In this document: in pieces, positions 55,493-64,000 of the stretch | Layout: each line of letters starts with the position of its first letter | Numbering within the stretch: the first letter of the stretch is position 1 | Position numbers and translations under genes: made by a program | Notes under the pieces: model-generated | The model's database searches: none | Told to the model about the DNA's origin: nothing | What the model saw: the letters and a program-made list of their open reading frames with translations, nothing else | From: a virus | Taxonomy: Duplodnaviria > Caudoviricetes | DNA: 64,000 bases | Reading direction: 5' to 3' (one strand) | IMG/VR virus record: IMGVR_UViG_3300049298_000033 | Coordinates: 1 to 64,000 of that record

Positions 55493-56697
55493 TGGCGGTC
55501 GATCGCGTCGACGAGGAGATCAAGCTTCTCGTCACGGACAAGAACCTCGTTGTCCAAGGCGACCCGCTCGACGGCTGGACGGATCTGTCCTCGACGCTGA
55601 ACGACAACCAGCCCGGTTCGGGTCAGGTGACACTGCCCGCCTACCCGGAGGTCATGGAGCAGCTCCAGCCCGGGAACCGGCTCGTCGTCATCGATCAGGG
55701 CGAGATCTGGTCGGCCGGCCCGATGGAGATCCCTGAGGACTACTCCTGGGGTGTCGGCGGCGACGTGAACCAGCCCGATCCCGGGCAGGTCGTCGTCAAC
55801 TTCTCCGACGATCTGGCGCGCGTCGCCGGGTACCTGACCTATCCCGACCCCACGAAGACGTTCGCGAATCAGGTGACCGCGACCGATGACGTCTACGCGC
55901 TCACCGCCACGAACGCTGAGGTCATCATCCGCGCGCTGGTCAACCTGAACTGTGGCCCCGGCGCCATCGCGGGACGGAGGATCGAGAAGCTGGTGCTGGG
56001 CGCACTCGCTGGCGTCGGCTCCAACACCTCCATCTCGACGCGGTTCGAAGACCTCCTCGACCCGTGCCGCACTGTTGCCTCCGGCGACGGTCTCAGCTTC
56101 CGCACACGGCAGGTCGGCAACCAGATCGTGTTCGAGGTCTACGCCCCGGCGGACCGGACCGGGACGGCCCGGTTCTCGGCCGGGCTTGGGAACCTGCGCA
56201 GCGTGTCATTCAAGATGTCCGCGCCGACCGCCACGCAGGAGCTCGTGCAGGGCGGCGACACTGGCGCCCGCGTGTACGTCGAGGTGAGTTCCGGTGCCGC
56301 TGCGGACTGGTACCGCGTTGAGAAACTCGTCGACCAGTCCGGCACGGCGAACGATGCGAACGGTGAACTCACGCAGGCCGGCAACCTGGCCCTCGGCGAC
56401 GACAACCCGCAGGTGACGCTCTCGACGGTCACGGTCGATGTGCCAGATGCGCCGGGCGAGCCGGGATCCGGGATGATCGCAGGCCGCGACTTTGGCCTGA
56501 GTGATCTCGTGACCGTCGTCCTTCCGACCGGCGTGGAGGTGGCGGACAAGGTCCGCTCGATCACCAAGGCAGCCAGCCCTGGCGCCGGGAAGCTGGTCAC
56601 GTCGGTGATCGGCAGCCAGGACGCGACGACGAACTCGGCGACGGTGAAAACGATCCGCGATCTCGCCCGACGGCTCGGGCGAATGGAGGCACGATGA
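55492..56697 (+). CDS. Minor tail protein (Gp37-like/Tal hub)
   Basis: N.PGSG..RF..L..FS..GNL..GRDF.L.D.V. Confidence 0.8.
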   Translation: MAVDRVDEEIKLLVTDKNLVVQGDPLDGWTDLSSTLNDNQPGSGQVTLPAYPEVMEQLQPGNRLVVIDQGEIWSAGPMEIPEDYSWGVGGDVNQPDPGQVVVNFSDDLARVAGYLTYPDPTKTFANQVTATDDVYALTATNAEVIIRALVNLNCGPGAIAGRRIEKLVLGALAGVGSNTSISTRFEDLLDPCRTVASGDGLSFRTRQVGNQIVFEVYAPADRTGTARFSAGLGNLRSVSFKMSAPTATQELVQGGDTGARVYVEVSSGAAADWYRVEKLVDQSGTANDANGELTQAGNLALGDDNPQVTLSTVTVDVPDAPGEPGSGMIAGRDFGLSDLVTVVLPTGVEVADKVRSITKAASPGAGKLVTSVIGSQDATTNSATVKTIRDLARRLGRMEAR

Positions 56698-57632
56698 CGC
56701 AGGCTTCATGGCCGTCCCCGAGCCACGGCAGCCCGGCTCGGGCGGTCACCGATGCGGAGTATCCGCACCTGGCGCCCTGGGCGAGCGATGGCGTATTCCA
56801 GAGCGCGTCTGATGTGGTCTACGGCAACAGCTCCGGCCTTGAGGTGCATGTCCGGACCGGGAAGTATGCGATAGTGCAGGGCCACGCCTGGGAGTCCGGT
56901 GCGTCTGAGTTCGCCGTGGAGATCGCCGCGAACACCTCCGGGTCCACACGCGTGGACACGGTCGTGCTGCGTCTCGACCGCTCTACGTGGGATGTCACCG
57001 CCGCCGTCCGGCAGGGCACCCCTGGCGCCGGCCCGCCGACGCTGCAGCGCGACGCCGGTGACACCGGCCTGTGGGAGATCCCGCTCGCCGACGTCACTGT
57101 CGACAATGGCGCCGCGACGATCGCCTCGGGAAAGGTCGTGGCCCGAACCTTGTTCCAGTCCGGCGCGATGCGGCCGTGCAACGTCATCACCGACATCCAG
57201 ACCACCCTCGACGACGGCGACATGGTGTACGAGGCGTCGACGGGCCGGTGGATCGGCTGGGGCTCCGCCGGGGGTGTGGTGCTGTACGAGGACACGGGGA
57301 ACGTCGCGGTGACGCTGACGAACTCGGCGTGGTCGCAGCTGCTGGCCTGCTCAGCGCGGCGTAGGAGCGGAATCGTTTCCCTGCGCTTCGCGATCACGCG
57401 GCAGAGCTCCACGTTCACGAAATCGGACCCGGATGGCTCGGCGCTGTGCACGCTGCCGTCGCAGTTCCGGCCGGATATCGACCAGTACGGGACAACCAGT
57501 TTCTCCGGCGGTATCGGGACTGCCCGCGTGCAGGTGCTGCAGGCCACCGGCGTCGTCAGCCTGCAACACAACACCGTCGACGTCACGGTCGGCCGTACAG
57601 CCGCGTTCTCGATGTCCTTCCCCGGGAGGTGA
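56694..57632 (+). CDS. Minor tail protein
   Basis: RVD.VVLRLD..PP.LQR...WEIPLA; LPSQFRP. Confidence 0.75.
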   Translation: MTQASWPSPSHGSPARAVTDAEYPHLAPWASDGVFQSASDVVYGNSSGLEVHVRTGKYAIVQGHAWESGASEFAVEIAANTSGSTRVDTVVLRLDRSTWDVTAAVRQGTPGAGPPTLQRDAGDTGLWEIPLADVTVDNGAATIASGKVVARTLFQSGAMRPCNVITDIQTTLDDGDMVYEASTGRWIGWGSAGGVVLYEDTGNVAVTLTNSAWSQLLACSARRRSGIVSLRFAITRQSSTFTKSDPDGSALCTLPSQFRPDIDQYGTTSFSGGIGTARVQVLQATGVVSLQHNTVDVTVGRTAAFSMSFPGR

Positions 57633-57694
57633 GCACTGTGCCGATCCTCATCCGCCGACCCGTGCAGCAGTCCACGACCGAGGAGGACCAGTAG

Positions 57695-58267
57695 ATGGCG
57701 CGGCATTTTTTCCTCGGTGATCTGTCGGCTTGGGCGATGGCGCTCGGCGCGGATGAGACCTCCGTGGACTCCCAGTCCGGCAAACGGGTCCTGATGATCC
57801 CGTCAGCGTCGGTGACGTTCTGGACGGCACAGACCGGCGGTGTGCAGTACACGGATCTGCTCGACTCCATCGGCACGCCGATCACAGAGGCGACCGCTGA
57901 CGACGACGGCGAGTTCAACCCGATCCAGGGCCCGGATACCGATCCGGACACCTGGTACATGTGGGCGGACGGGTCTGGTGGCGCCGGGCCGCGTCAGCTG
58001 GTCATCGCCACCGACATGGGCGACACGGTCAACGCACTGGCCGCCACGATCAGCGACATGGCCGCCGACGCCGCTGCTCTCGGTGCTCAGGTGGCCGCCT
58101 CGCTGGGCGTCGTGAACTACGACACGACGACCTCATCGTGGCCGCCCCGGCCCGCCGGGGACCCGCGCCGGTTCATGTGGTTCGGTCCGACCGCGCCGCC
58201 CGTCGGCGGGGACTACATGGTCGATGGGCTCGACGTATTCGCGAACACGAACCCGGCTGGATCATGA
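57695..58267 (+). CDS. Minor tail protein
   Basis: FWTAQTGG.QYTDLL..GP..MWAD. Confidence 0.65.
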   Translation: MARHFFLGDLSAWAMALGADETSVDSQSGKRVLMIPSASVTFWTAQTGGVQYTDLLDSIGTPITEATADDDGEFNPIQGPDTDPDTWYMWADGSGGAGPRQLVIATDMGDTVNALAATISDMAADAAALGAQVAASLGVVNYDTTTSSWPPRPAGDPRRFMWFGPTAPPVGGDYMVDGLDVFANTNPAGS

Positions 58268-59202
58268 CGACCGTCGCGCTCTACATCGCCTCGGGCGGCC
58301 GGTTGCTGCCGCTGGCCGGCGGCCCGGCGATCATCCCGCCAGAGGCGCCCGGTGGCGGTGGCACGCCGACCGGCGATCGGAACGCGATGCTGGTTGGCGC
58401 GGCTTCGGCGAGCCTGGCGGGCAGCGACTTCGATGACCTCGACGCGAGCGCCGGGCCGTTCACCGTCAGGCGTTCCTACGAGACGGGCATCCCGGGCTCG
58501 TGGGCGGCGAGCGTCGCGGGGATCGACGTCGGCCGCCGTGCGTCGGTGTGGTCGTGCAAACCGGATCTGGCCGCGCTGGCCGCCGGGAGTCTCGATACGC
58601 AGATCCGGGCGCTGGTGGCCAGCATTCCGGTGACACATGTGGCGTGGCTGACGGCGTGGCATGAGCCGGACCACAAGATCCGGAGCGGGGATTTCACCCT
58701 CAGCCAGTACCTGCCCGCGTTCGCCCGCTGGTGCTCCGTCGTGAAGCAGGCCGCGATCGAGTTCGGCCGCCCGCACGTCTACACCTGTCAGATCGTCGAG
58801 GCTTGGTCCGGGCAGCATCCGACGCCGGGTAGCACGTACACGGACATGTGGCCTGGTGACGGGCTCGTCGACTGCTACGGCGTGGACGGCTACAGCAACA
58901 CCGGGTCCGGTGAGACTCTGTGGGGCCCGGCGCGCACGTTCGCGGCCAGCCGCGGCATTCCCTGGGGGGTCGCTGAGGTCGGCTGCGGGACCGCGATCGA
59001 CACCTCATGGATGACGGCGCAGGCGATCTACGCGGCGACGCACGCGGCGGGCGGGGCGCACTCTCGGGCGGCGTTCTATTGCTGGTTCAGCAACAGCACG
59101 GGCGGGGTCGTCCCCACGCCGGGCACTGATCCGGCCGCGCTGGCCGCCGCGCGGAACATCAGCCAGACCTACTACGCGGACGTCAACGCGTTCGTGCTCT
59201 GA
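58264..59202 (+). CDS. GH26-like glycoside hydrolase in tail module
   Basis: WHEPD (acid/base), WPGD..VD..GVDGY, VAEVG (nucleophile). Confidence 0.7.
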   Translation: MTTVALYIASGGRLLPLAGGPAIIPPEAPGGGGTPTGDRNAMLVGAASASLAGSDFDDLDASAGPFTVRRSYETGIPGSWAASVAGIDVGRRASVWSCKPDLAALAAGSLDTQIRALVASIPVTHVAWLTAWHEPDHKIRSGDFTLSQYLPAFARWCSVVKQAAIEFGRPHVYTCQIVEAWSGQHPTPGSTYTDMWPGDGLVDCYGVDGYSNTGSGETLWGPARTFAASRGIPWGVAEVGCGTAIDTSWMTAQAIYAATHAAGGAHSRAAFYCWFSNSTGGVVPTPGTDPAALAAARNISQTYYADVNAFVL

Positions 59203-59214
59203 CCGGGAGGAACT

Positions 59215-60264
59215 ATGGCAGTAGGCATCCGTGGAGTCAGCTCCCTCGCGGTCGGCACGAACTCCATCGCCCCGACGATCCCCTCCAGCGTCCAAGCCGG
59301 CGACGCCTTGTTCCTGCTCGCCGGTGTCGGCGACGCCGGCGTCACATGGCCCACCCCCGACGGGTGGACGCTCGTCGAACGGCGGTCGCGGGACAGCGGC
59401 ACCACCGGCATGATGGCCGCGCTGTACAAGCGGGTCGCGAGCTCCGGTGACGCCAGCGCGACGGTGACGCTCAGCGCCTCGACGACGGCCCATAGCGCCG
59501 CGATGATCATCGCGTTCAGTGGCTCAGACGTCGTCAACCCGCTTCATGCCTGGTCAGGGTTCACTGAGTCGGCGGGCTCGGCCATCAACACGCACGCCCT
59601 GCCCAGCGTCACGACGACCCTCGACCAGTGCATGATCGTGAGCGGGATCGTCGGTAAGGACTCGGCGACGACCCTATGGACGCTCCCCGCGGGTTACACG
59701 AAGCAGACCGAGATCTACTTCGCACAGAGCGGCCGGACGACCGGTGCGATGGGCACCAACGGCCCGCAGCCGATCGGCACGTACTCGCCCGGCAACGCCG
59801 CCCAGGACGGAGCGTCGAAGTACGCGTTCGCCTGGACGTTCGCCGTCGCCCCGTTCAGCAACGTCCAGAAGGCACGGCCAGTCGCCGACGAGGTCACGAC
59901 CAGCGTCATCGGCGTGCCCACGCCCGGCACAGGCTCCGGCATCTACGCCGACGTCGCCGCCGACGATGACAGCCACTACGCGCGGCTCAGCAACGGCGGC
60001 GTCTATGAATGCCTCTTCGGAGCGCTCGTCGACCCCGGTGACAACACGGGCCACACGATCTCTTATCGGCTCCGATTCGCCGGCGGCGCAGCGAGCGGCT
60101 CATCCTCGACCGAGATCTGGCAGGGCGCCACCGTCATCGCGAGCTACACCGATACGGCCGCCGGATCCTTCGGCGACTTCAGCCATACCCTGACATCGAC
60201 GCAGGCCGGGAACATCACCGACTACTCGGACTTGCGTGTCAGGTTTACCGCGACGGTCGCCTGA
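59215..60264 (+). CDS. Minor tail / receptor-binding protein
   Basis: P..VQAGD.L..P.GWT; Ser/Thr/Gly-rich beta sequence. Confidence 0.65.
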   Translation: MAVGIRGVSSLAVGTNSIAPTIPSSVQAGDALFLLAGVGDAGVTWPTPDGWTLVERRSRDSGTTGMMAALYKRVASSGDASATVTLSASTTAHSAAMIIAFSGSDVVNPLHAWSGFTESAGSAINTHALPSVTTTLDQCMIVSGIVGKDSATTLWTLPAGYTKQTEIYFAQSGRTTGAMGTNGPQPIGTYSPGNAAQDGASKYAFAWTFAVAPFSNVQKARPVADEVTTSVIGVPTPGTGSGIYADVAADDDSHYARLSNGGVYECLFGALVDPGDNTGHTISYRLRFAGGAASGSSSTEIWQGATVIASYTDTAAGSFGDFSHTLTSTQAGNITDYSDLRVRFTATVA

Positions 60265-60569
60265 TGGCCGGCACGCTCGATGTCGCTCGCGTCCAGTTCT
60301 TCGCGCCGGCCGAACCGGTCCTCGACGTCTCCCAGGTCACCTTCGAGGCGCCCGGCCCGCCGAACCCGAGCACCATCCCCTACCTCGACGTCGCCCAGGT
60401 GCGTCTCGCCGCACCGTCGCCGCCGCTGCCGTCATTTCTGGACATCGCCCAGGTGACGTTGAGAGCCCCACAGCCGCCGGGGGAGGCGCCGTACTCCGGT
60501 ATCCGGGTCGCCCGCGACGGCAACTTGCACAACGTCTCGCTTCAGATCGCAAAGGGCGGAACGCTGTGA
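60264..60569 (+). CDS. Small repeat protein
   Basis: Four LD(V/I)xxVxxxAP repeats. Confidence 0.65.
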   Translation: MAGTLDVARVQFFAPAEPVLDVSQVTFEAPGPPNPSTIPYLDVAQVRLAAPSPPLPSFLDIAQVTLRAPQPPGEAPYSGIRVARDGNLHNVSLQIAKGGTL

Positions 60570-60578
60570 GGGGGCCGA

Positions 60579-60902
60579 GTGGCGGATGAGCCATCGAACG
60601 CCGAACTTGCGCGCCGCCTCGCGGATATTGCCCTCCTCCTACAGCAAGTTGTCGGCCGGCCCGAGTACGCAGCGGACCAGCGCCATACCGAACATCGGTT
60701 CACCGAGATCGAACGGGACATCGAGGACGTCAAGAAGACCCACAGCAAAGACATCGAGGCAATCCGCGGCCTGCTCGACAAGGCAGCGGAGAAGCGGGGA
60801 ACGGACTGGAAGCAGGCCATCTACAGCGGTCTCCTCCCCGCGGTGTTCCTTGCGATCACGCTGCTCGTCACGATCCTGCTGGCGTTCAAGGGCGGCAAAT
60901 GA
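60579..60902 (+). CDS. Coiled-coil membrane protein (lysis cassette)
   Basis: EL.RRL..coiled coil, C-terminal TM helix. Confidence 0.7.
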   Translation: MADEPSNAELARRLADIALLLQQVVGRPEYAADQRHTEHRFTEIERDIEDVKKTHSKDIEAIRGLLDKAAEKRGTDWKQAIYSGLLPAVFLAITLLVTILLAFKGGK

Positions 60903-61441
60903 CTGAGCACATACGTAGGGCGCGCCGCGGACTCCCGGCCGTGCTGCTCGCCATCGTGTTCCTGGTCCTCGTGGCGTGGCTCGCAGTGGAGATCCGGGAC
61001 GTACATGACCGGCTACGGCAGGCCCAACAGGACAATAAGACGCTCGCGCAGCAGGTCCGCGACCTGGGTGGGGTGCCGAAGGTGACGCCGCAACCGGGTC
61101 CGACAGGCGCACCAGGCAGTCCCGGCGCCCCCGGGCAGACGGGATCCGCCGGTCAGCCGGGTTCGAATGGGAGACCGGGGCAGAATGGCGCTTCCGGGCA
61201 GCCGGGGAAGACTGGTCCGTCTGGCGCACCTGGAGCTGCGGGTGCTTCCGGCGCTCCCGGCGTGACGGGTGATACGGGTCCGAAGGGCGACAAAGGCGAT
61301 ACGGGGGAGCAGGGTCCGAAGGGTGATCAGGGTGACCCAGGGCCGCCTGGCCCGACGTGCCCGGACGGCTACCACACCACGACGACGACGGTCGTCACCG
61401 CGGCGGGCCCACAGGACGCCGTGATCTGCACTGCCGACTGA
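60899..61441 (+). CDS. Membrane-anchored collagen-like protein
   Basis: N-terminal TM, coiled coil, 29 Gly-X-Y triplets, CPDGY..C end. Confidence 0.85.
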   Translation: MTEHIRRARRGLPAVLLAIVFLVLVAWLAVEIRDVHDRLRQAQQDNKTLAQQVRDLGGVPKVTPQPGPTGAPGSPGAPGQTGSAGQPGSNGRPGQNGASGQPGKTGPSGAPGAAGASGAPGVTGDTGPKGDKGDTGEQGPKGDQGDPGPPGPTCPDGYHTTTTTVVTAAGPQDAVICTAD

Positions 61442-61451
61442 GGAGAGATAG

Positions 61452-61601
61452 ATGACGACCCCTGACGACCCGGACTTCATCCCGGCCGACGACCCGCGCT
61501 TCGTGCCGTACCCGGACGAGCCGCCGATGGACGCCAGCGGCCCGACCGACCGCAACGCGCCCGACCTTGGGGAAGTGGACGACGATGCCGACGAGAACTG
61601 A
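61452..61601 (+). CDS. Acidic Pro/Asp-rich peptide (49 aa)
   Basis: GAGGAG RBS; MTTPDDPDFIPADDPRF..DDDADEN; overlaps endolysin start. Confidence 0.55.
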   Translation: MTTPDDPDFIPADDPRFVPYPDEPPMDASGPTDRNAPDLGEVDDDADEN

Positions 61602-62490
61602 GTACGTCAAGTACCTGCGCTCGCTGGAGGGCGGGTATGGCCCGGCGCGCGGCCTGCGGAACAACGACAACCAGTTCAACACCTGGTACTACGGCCGCCG
61701 TGTCTCCGGCGACGACTACGCCTGGTGCGCGGTGACCGAGTGCTACGTCGAGAACCATTTCGACATCCTGACGGTCAACGGCGGCAAGGTCGCCTATGTG
61801 CCCAACATGGTCGCTGTGGCGAAGAAGGCCGGTGCGAAGGTCTGGCATAAGCCGCGCATGGTGCCCGAGCAGGGCACGAGCTGGGCGAAGCCCGGCAACA
61901 AGATCACCTTCGATTTCAACAGGACGAATGAGGCCGAGCACACCGGCACGTTTGTTCGGCGGCTCAGCGCCACGAGGATTCTCACGAGCGAGGGCAACAC
62001 CTCGACCAGCAGGTACAGCGATGCGCTCACGCCGAAGGAGCGCGACGTGGCCGACGTGCTCGACGTGATCGAGCTGCTCGGCGTAGACGGAGACAGCCCT
62101 CAGGAGGACGATATGCCCAGCTATGTGAGCCTCGGCCAGAAGAAGCCTCAGCAGGTCAAGAAGGGCGAGACCGTCCGCGCGATCTTCGACACCGAGTACA
62201 GCGACAGGGACAAGGCGCACGCCGACGGCCCGCACCCGGGCATCATCCGGGCAGGGAAGAACGGTACCCAGTTCGTCATCGAGGTCGACGTGGCGGGCTC
62301 CGGCGGCGGTGACTACCGGCTCGTCGAGACCGACCCGGCGAAGGACTACGCGGTCACCAAGACGTACTCGGTGAACAAGCCGACGTATGTCGGGCTGTGC
62401 GACGCCGGGAAGCACCTGTACGTCGAGCTGCACCCGGCGGCCGACGGCGACGCGAACGTGGCCGTGAAGGCCCAGTACTGGCACCGCTGA
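61585..62490 (+). CDS. Endolysin, CHAP-type
   Basis: N.FN.WYYG..AWCA..PG..I.FDF..HTG..T.EGNT. Confidence 0.8.
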   Translation: MPTRTEYVKYLRSLEGGYGPARGLRNNDNQFNTWYYGRRVSGDDYAWCAVTECYVENHFDILTVNGGKVAYVPNMVAVAKKAGAKVWHKPRMVPEQGTSWAKPGNKITFDFNRTNEAEHTGTFVRRLSATRILTSEGNTSTSRYSDALTPKERDVADVLDVIELLGVDGDSPQEDDMPSYVSLGQKKPQQVKKGETVRAIFDTEYSDRDKAHADGPHPGIIRAGKNGTQFVIEVDVAGSGGGDYRLVETDPAKDYAVTKTYSVNKPTYVGLCDAGKHLYVELHPAADGDANVAVKAQYWHR

Positions 62491-62726
62491 TGGCCGACGA
62501 GCTACCGCGCGTCGAGCGCGACGAGGACGGTCACCCGGTCTGGATCGACCATTGCCCGGCCACATCGCCGGGATTCGATCCGGTGGCCCGTGTGACGCTG
62601 CCGCTCGGCCCGCAGGGCTGGCAGTGGACCGCAGACGGCGGGCTGACGCCGTCGATCCTCTGCGGAGGGTGCGGGATCCACGGCTTCTGGATCGGCGGCG
62701 AACAGCCGTACTGGCGTAGCTGCTGA
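62490..62726 (+). CDS. DUF6527-like small Cys protein
   Basis: HCP..W..LTPSILC..CG.HG. Confidence 0.65.
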   Translation: MADELPRVERDEDGHPVWIDHCPATSPGFDPVARVTLPLGPQGWQWTADGGLTPSILCGGCGIHGFWIGGEQPYWRSC

Positions 62727-62759
62727 GAGCCTACGCAGCTCCGTAAGCTGCCTGACCTG

Positions 62760-62785
62760 CCTTTTTCGCGGATCCGCGAAAAAGG
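62760..62785. repeat. Perfect 26-bp palindrome
   Basis: CCTTTTTCGCGGATCCGCGAAAAAGG. Confidence 0.85.
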
Positions 62786-62863
62786 TCCCGCGTTCATACC
62801 AGCGGATATACCGCCCCCTCTCGCCCGGCCAGCGTGCCGGGCTTCGTCATTCCTGGAGTCCGA

Positions 62864-63841
62864 TTGACCACCACGAAGCATGCTGAAGCGCGGCAGGTAC
62901 CAGGCCGGCGTCTCGGCCGGCGAAAGCCGAAGAACGCACCTGCACTGCGTCTCGCTAGCTTCCTCACTGGACGGGTCCCAGCGCATCCTGCCGCGGCCGA
63001 CCACTTCGCCAAGGTCACCGACTGGGGCCTCTGGCAAAACGACACCTACGGCGACTGCGGGCCCGTGTCGTTCTTCAACCTTCGAAAGCTCGTCACGGTC
63101 TACGCCACCGGCGAGGAAGTGCAGCCGACACAGGACGATGTCTTCCGGCTGTACAAGCTCGTCAACCCCACGTTCGATCCTGACGACCCCGGAGGTCCTG
63201 GGGACGCGGGCGTCGACATGCAGACCATGCTCGAGCTCGCACTCAAGCACGAGGTGTGCGGCCCCGGCGTGATGCTCGGCTTCGCGAAGGTCGACGTCTC
63301 CAACCCCGACGAGGTCCGCGCCGCGACGAGCATCTTCGGCGGCGTCCTCCACGGCGTCGACCTCGAAACCGCGCAGCAGGACCAGACCGACGCCGGCCTG
63401 TGGGACTACAAGAGGTCGGGGGAGTGGGGCGGCCACGCGGTCCTCTCCGGCCGCTACACCGACCCTTCCGGCACCGCCCAGGACCGTACCGCGGTCGTCA
63501 CCTGGGCTGAGGTCGTCGACTGCACGGACGCGTTCGAGCAGCATCAGCTCGAGGAGTGCTGGGTGGTGATCTTCCAGGAGCATCTGGATCATCCGGCATT
63601 CCAGGAAGGGGTCGACGTCACTGCATTGGCGAGTGCATACGAGTCCCTGACTGGGCGTCCGTTTCCCGGGCAGCCCAGCCCCGAGCCCGAACCCTCTCCT
63701 GAGCCTGCTCCGGGTCCTGTGGACGACGCTGACCGCGTTCTTGCGGAAGCTGCTCGGCACTGGCTGAGGCGCCGTCACCGCGGCGAGAACGAACACCTGG
63801 CGAGCGAGCTGATCGTCTGGCTCGCCTCGAAGAACCTCTGA
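62864..63841 (+). CDS. Papain-like cysteine peptidase
   Basis: W...ND.YGDC, D.G, GGHAV...Y, VVTW; GGAG RBS before TTG. Confidence 0.75.
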   Translation: MTTTKHAEARQVPGRRLGRRKPKNAPALRLASFLTGRVPAHPAAADHFAKVTDWGLWQNDTYGDCGPVSFFNLRKLVTVYATGEEVQPTQDDVFRLYKLVNPTFDPDDPGGPGDAGVDMQTMLELALKHEVCGPGVMLGFAKVDVSNPDEVRAATSIFGGVLHGVDLETAQQDQTDAGLWDYKRSGEWGGHAVLSGRYTDPSGTAQDRTAVVTWAEVVDCTDAFEQHQLEECWVVIFQEHLDHPAFQEGVDVTALASAYESLTGRPFPGQPSPEPEPSPEPAPGPVDDADRVLAEAARHWLRRRHRGENEHLASELIVWLASKNL

Positions 63842-63903
63842 ACCCTGTTCAACCTCTACTCGGCCCGCCATCGTGCGGGCCTCCGTCATGAAAAGGGAGA
63901 CCC

Positions 63904-64000
63904 ATGAAGTACAGACTCACAGGGGAACCGGCCCTGGTCCTCACCCTCATCAACGCCGTCGTCGCGCTCGTCGCCGGCATGATCCCCGCGTTCACGCCCA
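63904..64000 (+). CDS. Probable holin (partial)
   Basis: AAGGGAG RBS; EPALVLTLINAVVALVAG hydrophobic helix; runs off the window. Confidence 0.6.
   Translation, partial: MKYRLTGEPALVLTLINAVVALVAGMIPAFTP

Larger units (their letters stand above)
1..64000. mobile_element. Temperate siphovirus-like prophage (HK97 fold, probable cos packaging), incomplete at both window ends
   Basis: Integrase, repressor/Cro, replication, terminase, portal, protease, capsid, tail, tape measure and lysis genes in canonical order. Confidence 0.97.

Noticed and set aside
54548-60569. Diversity-generating retroelement or invertible tail cassette
   Set aside because: No reverse transcriptase, invertase or template/variable repeat pair seen
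61566-61576. CTTGGGGAAGT identical to the H3 loop at 36661
   Set aside because: Single 11-mer inside coding/RBS sequence with no flanking stem; compatible with chance

Overview
The whole window is one temperate, HK97-fold siphovirus-type prophage of a high-GC actinomycete, running from the integrase stop codon (base 1) into a probable holin (base 64000). Both att sites lie outside the window. Modules in order: (1) lysogeny/immunity, 1-5.8 kb: tyrosine integrase, two accessory genes, GntR regulator, XRE-DUF5753 regulator followed by a 33-aa half-DUF397 peptide missing from the ORF track, repressor/Cro switch with TAGGACT-N3-AGTCCTA operators; (2) early recombination/replication operon, 5.8-25.5 kb: excisionase, RecT-like, Cas4/RecB-like exonuclease, HNH, LexA-type DNA-binding domain, DEDDh exonuclease, SNF2-helicase/DNA-methyltransferase fusion, RusA-like, WhiB, two ParB-like genes, initiator, DnaC-like, DnaB, SSB; (3) accessory region, 25.5-38.4 kb: RHH plus XRE-XRE-HNH fusion, C5 methyltransferase, a coupled MazG-ASCH-HIT-Thg1-like cassette, a paralog pair, a four-hairpin pseudoknotted RNA element, a reverse-strand lipoprotein; (4) packaging, head and tail, 38.4-60.6 kb, including a free-standing HNH next to a synonymously recoded capsid 3' end, a -1 frameshifted tail chaperone and a GH26-like tail enzyme; (5) lysis cassette with a collagen-like membrane protein, CHAP endolysin and papain-like peptidase. 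Best candidates for undescribed biology are the Thg1-centred nucleotide/tRNA-repair cassette, the structured RNA at 36559-36773, the HNH with recoded capsid end, and the XRE/mini-DUF397 module. All family calls come from motif recognition by eye, not database searches.
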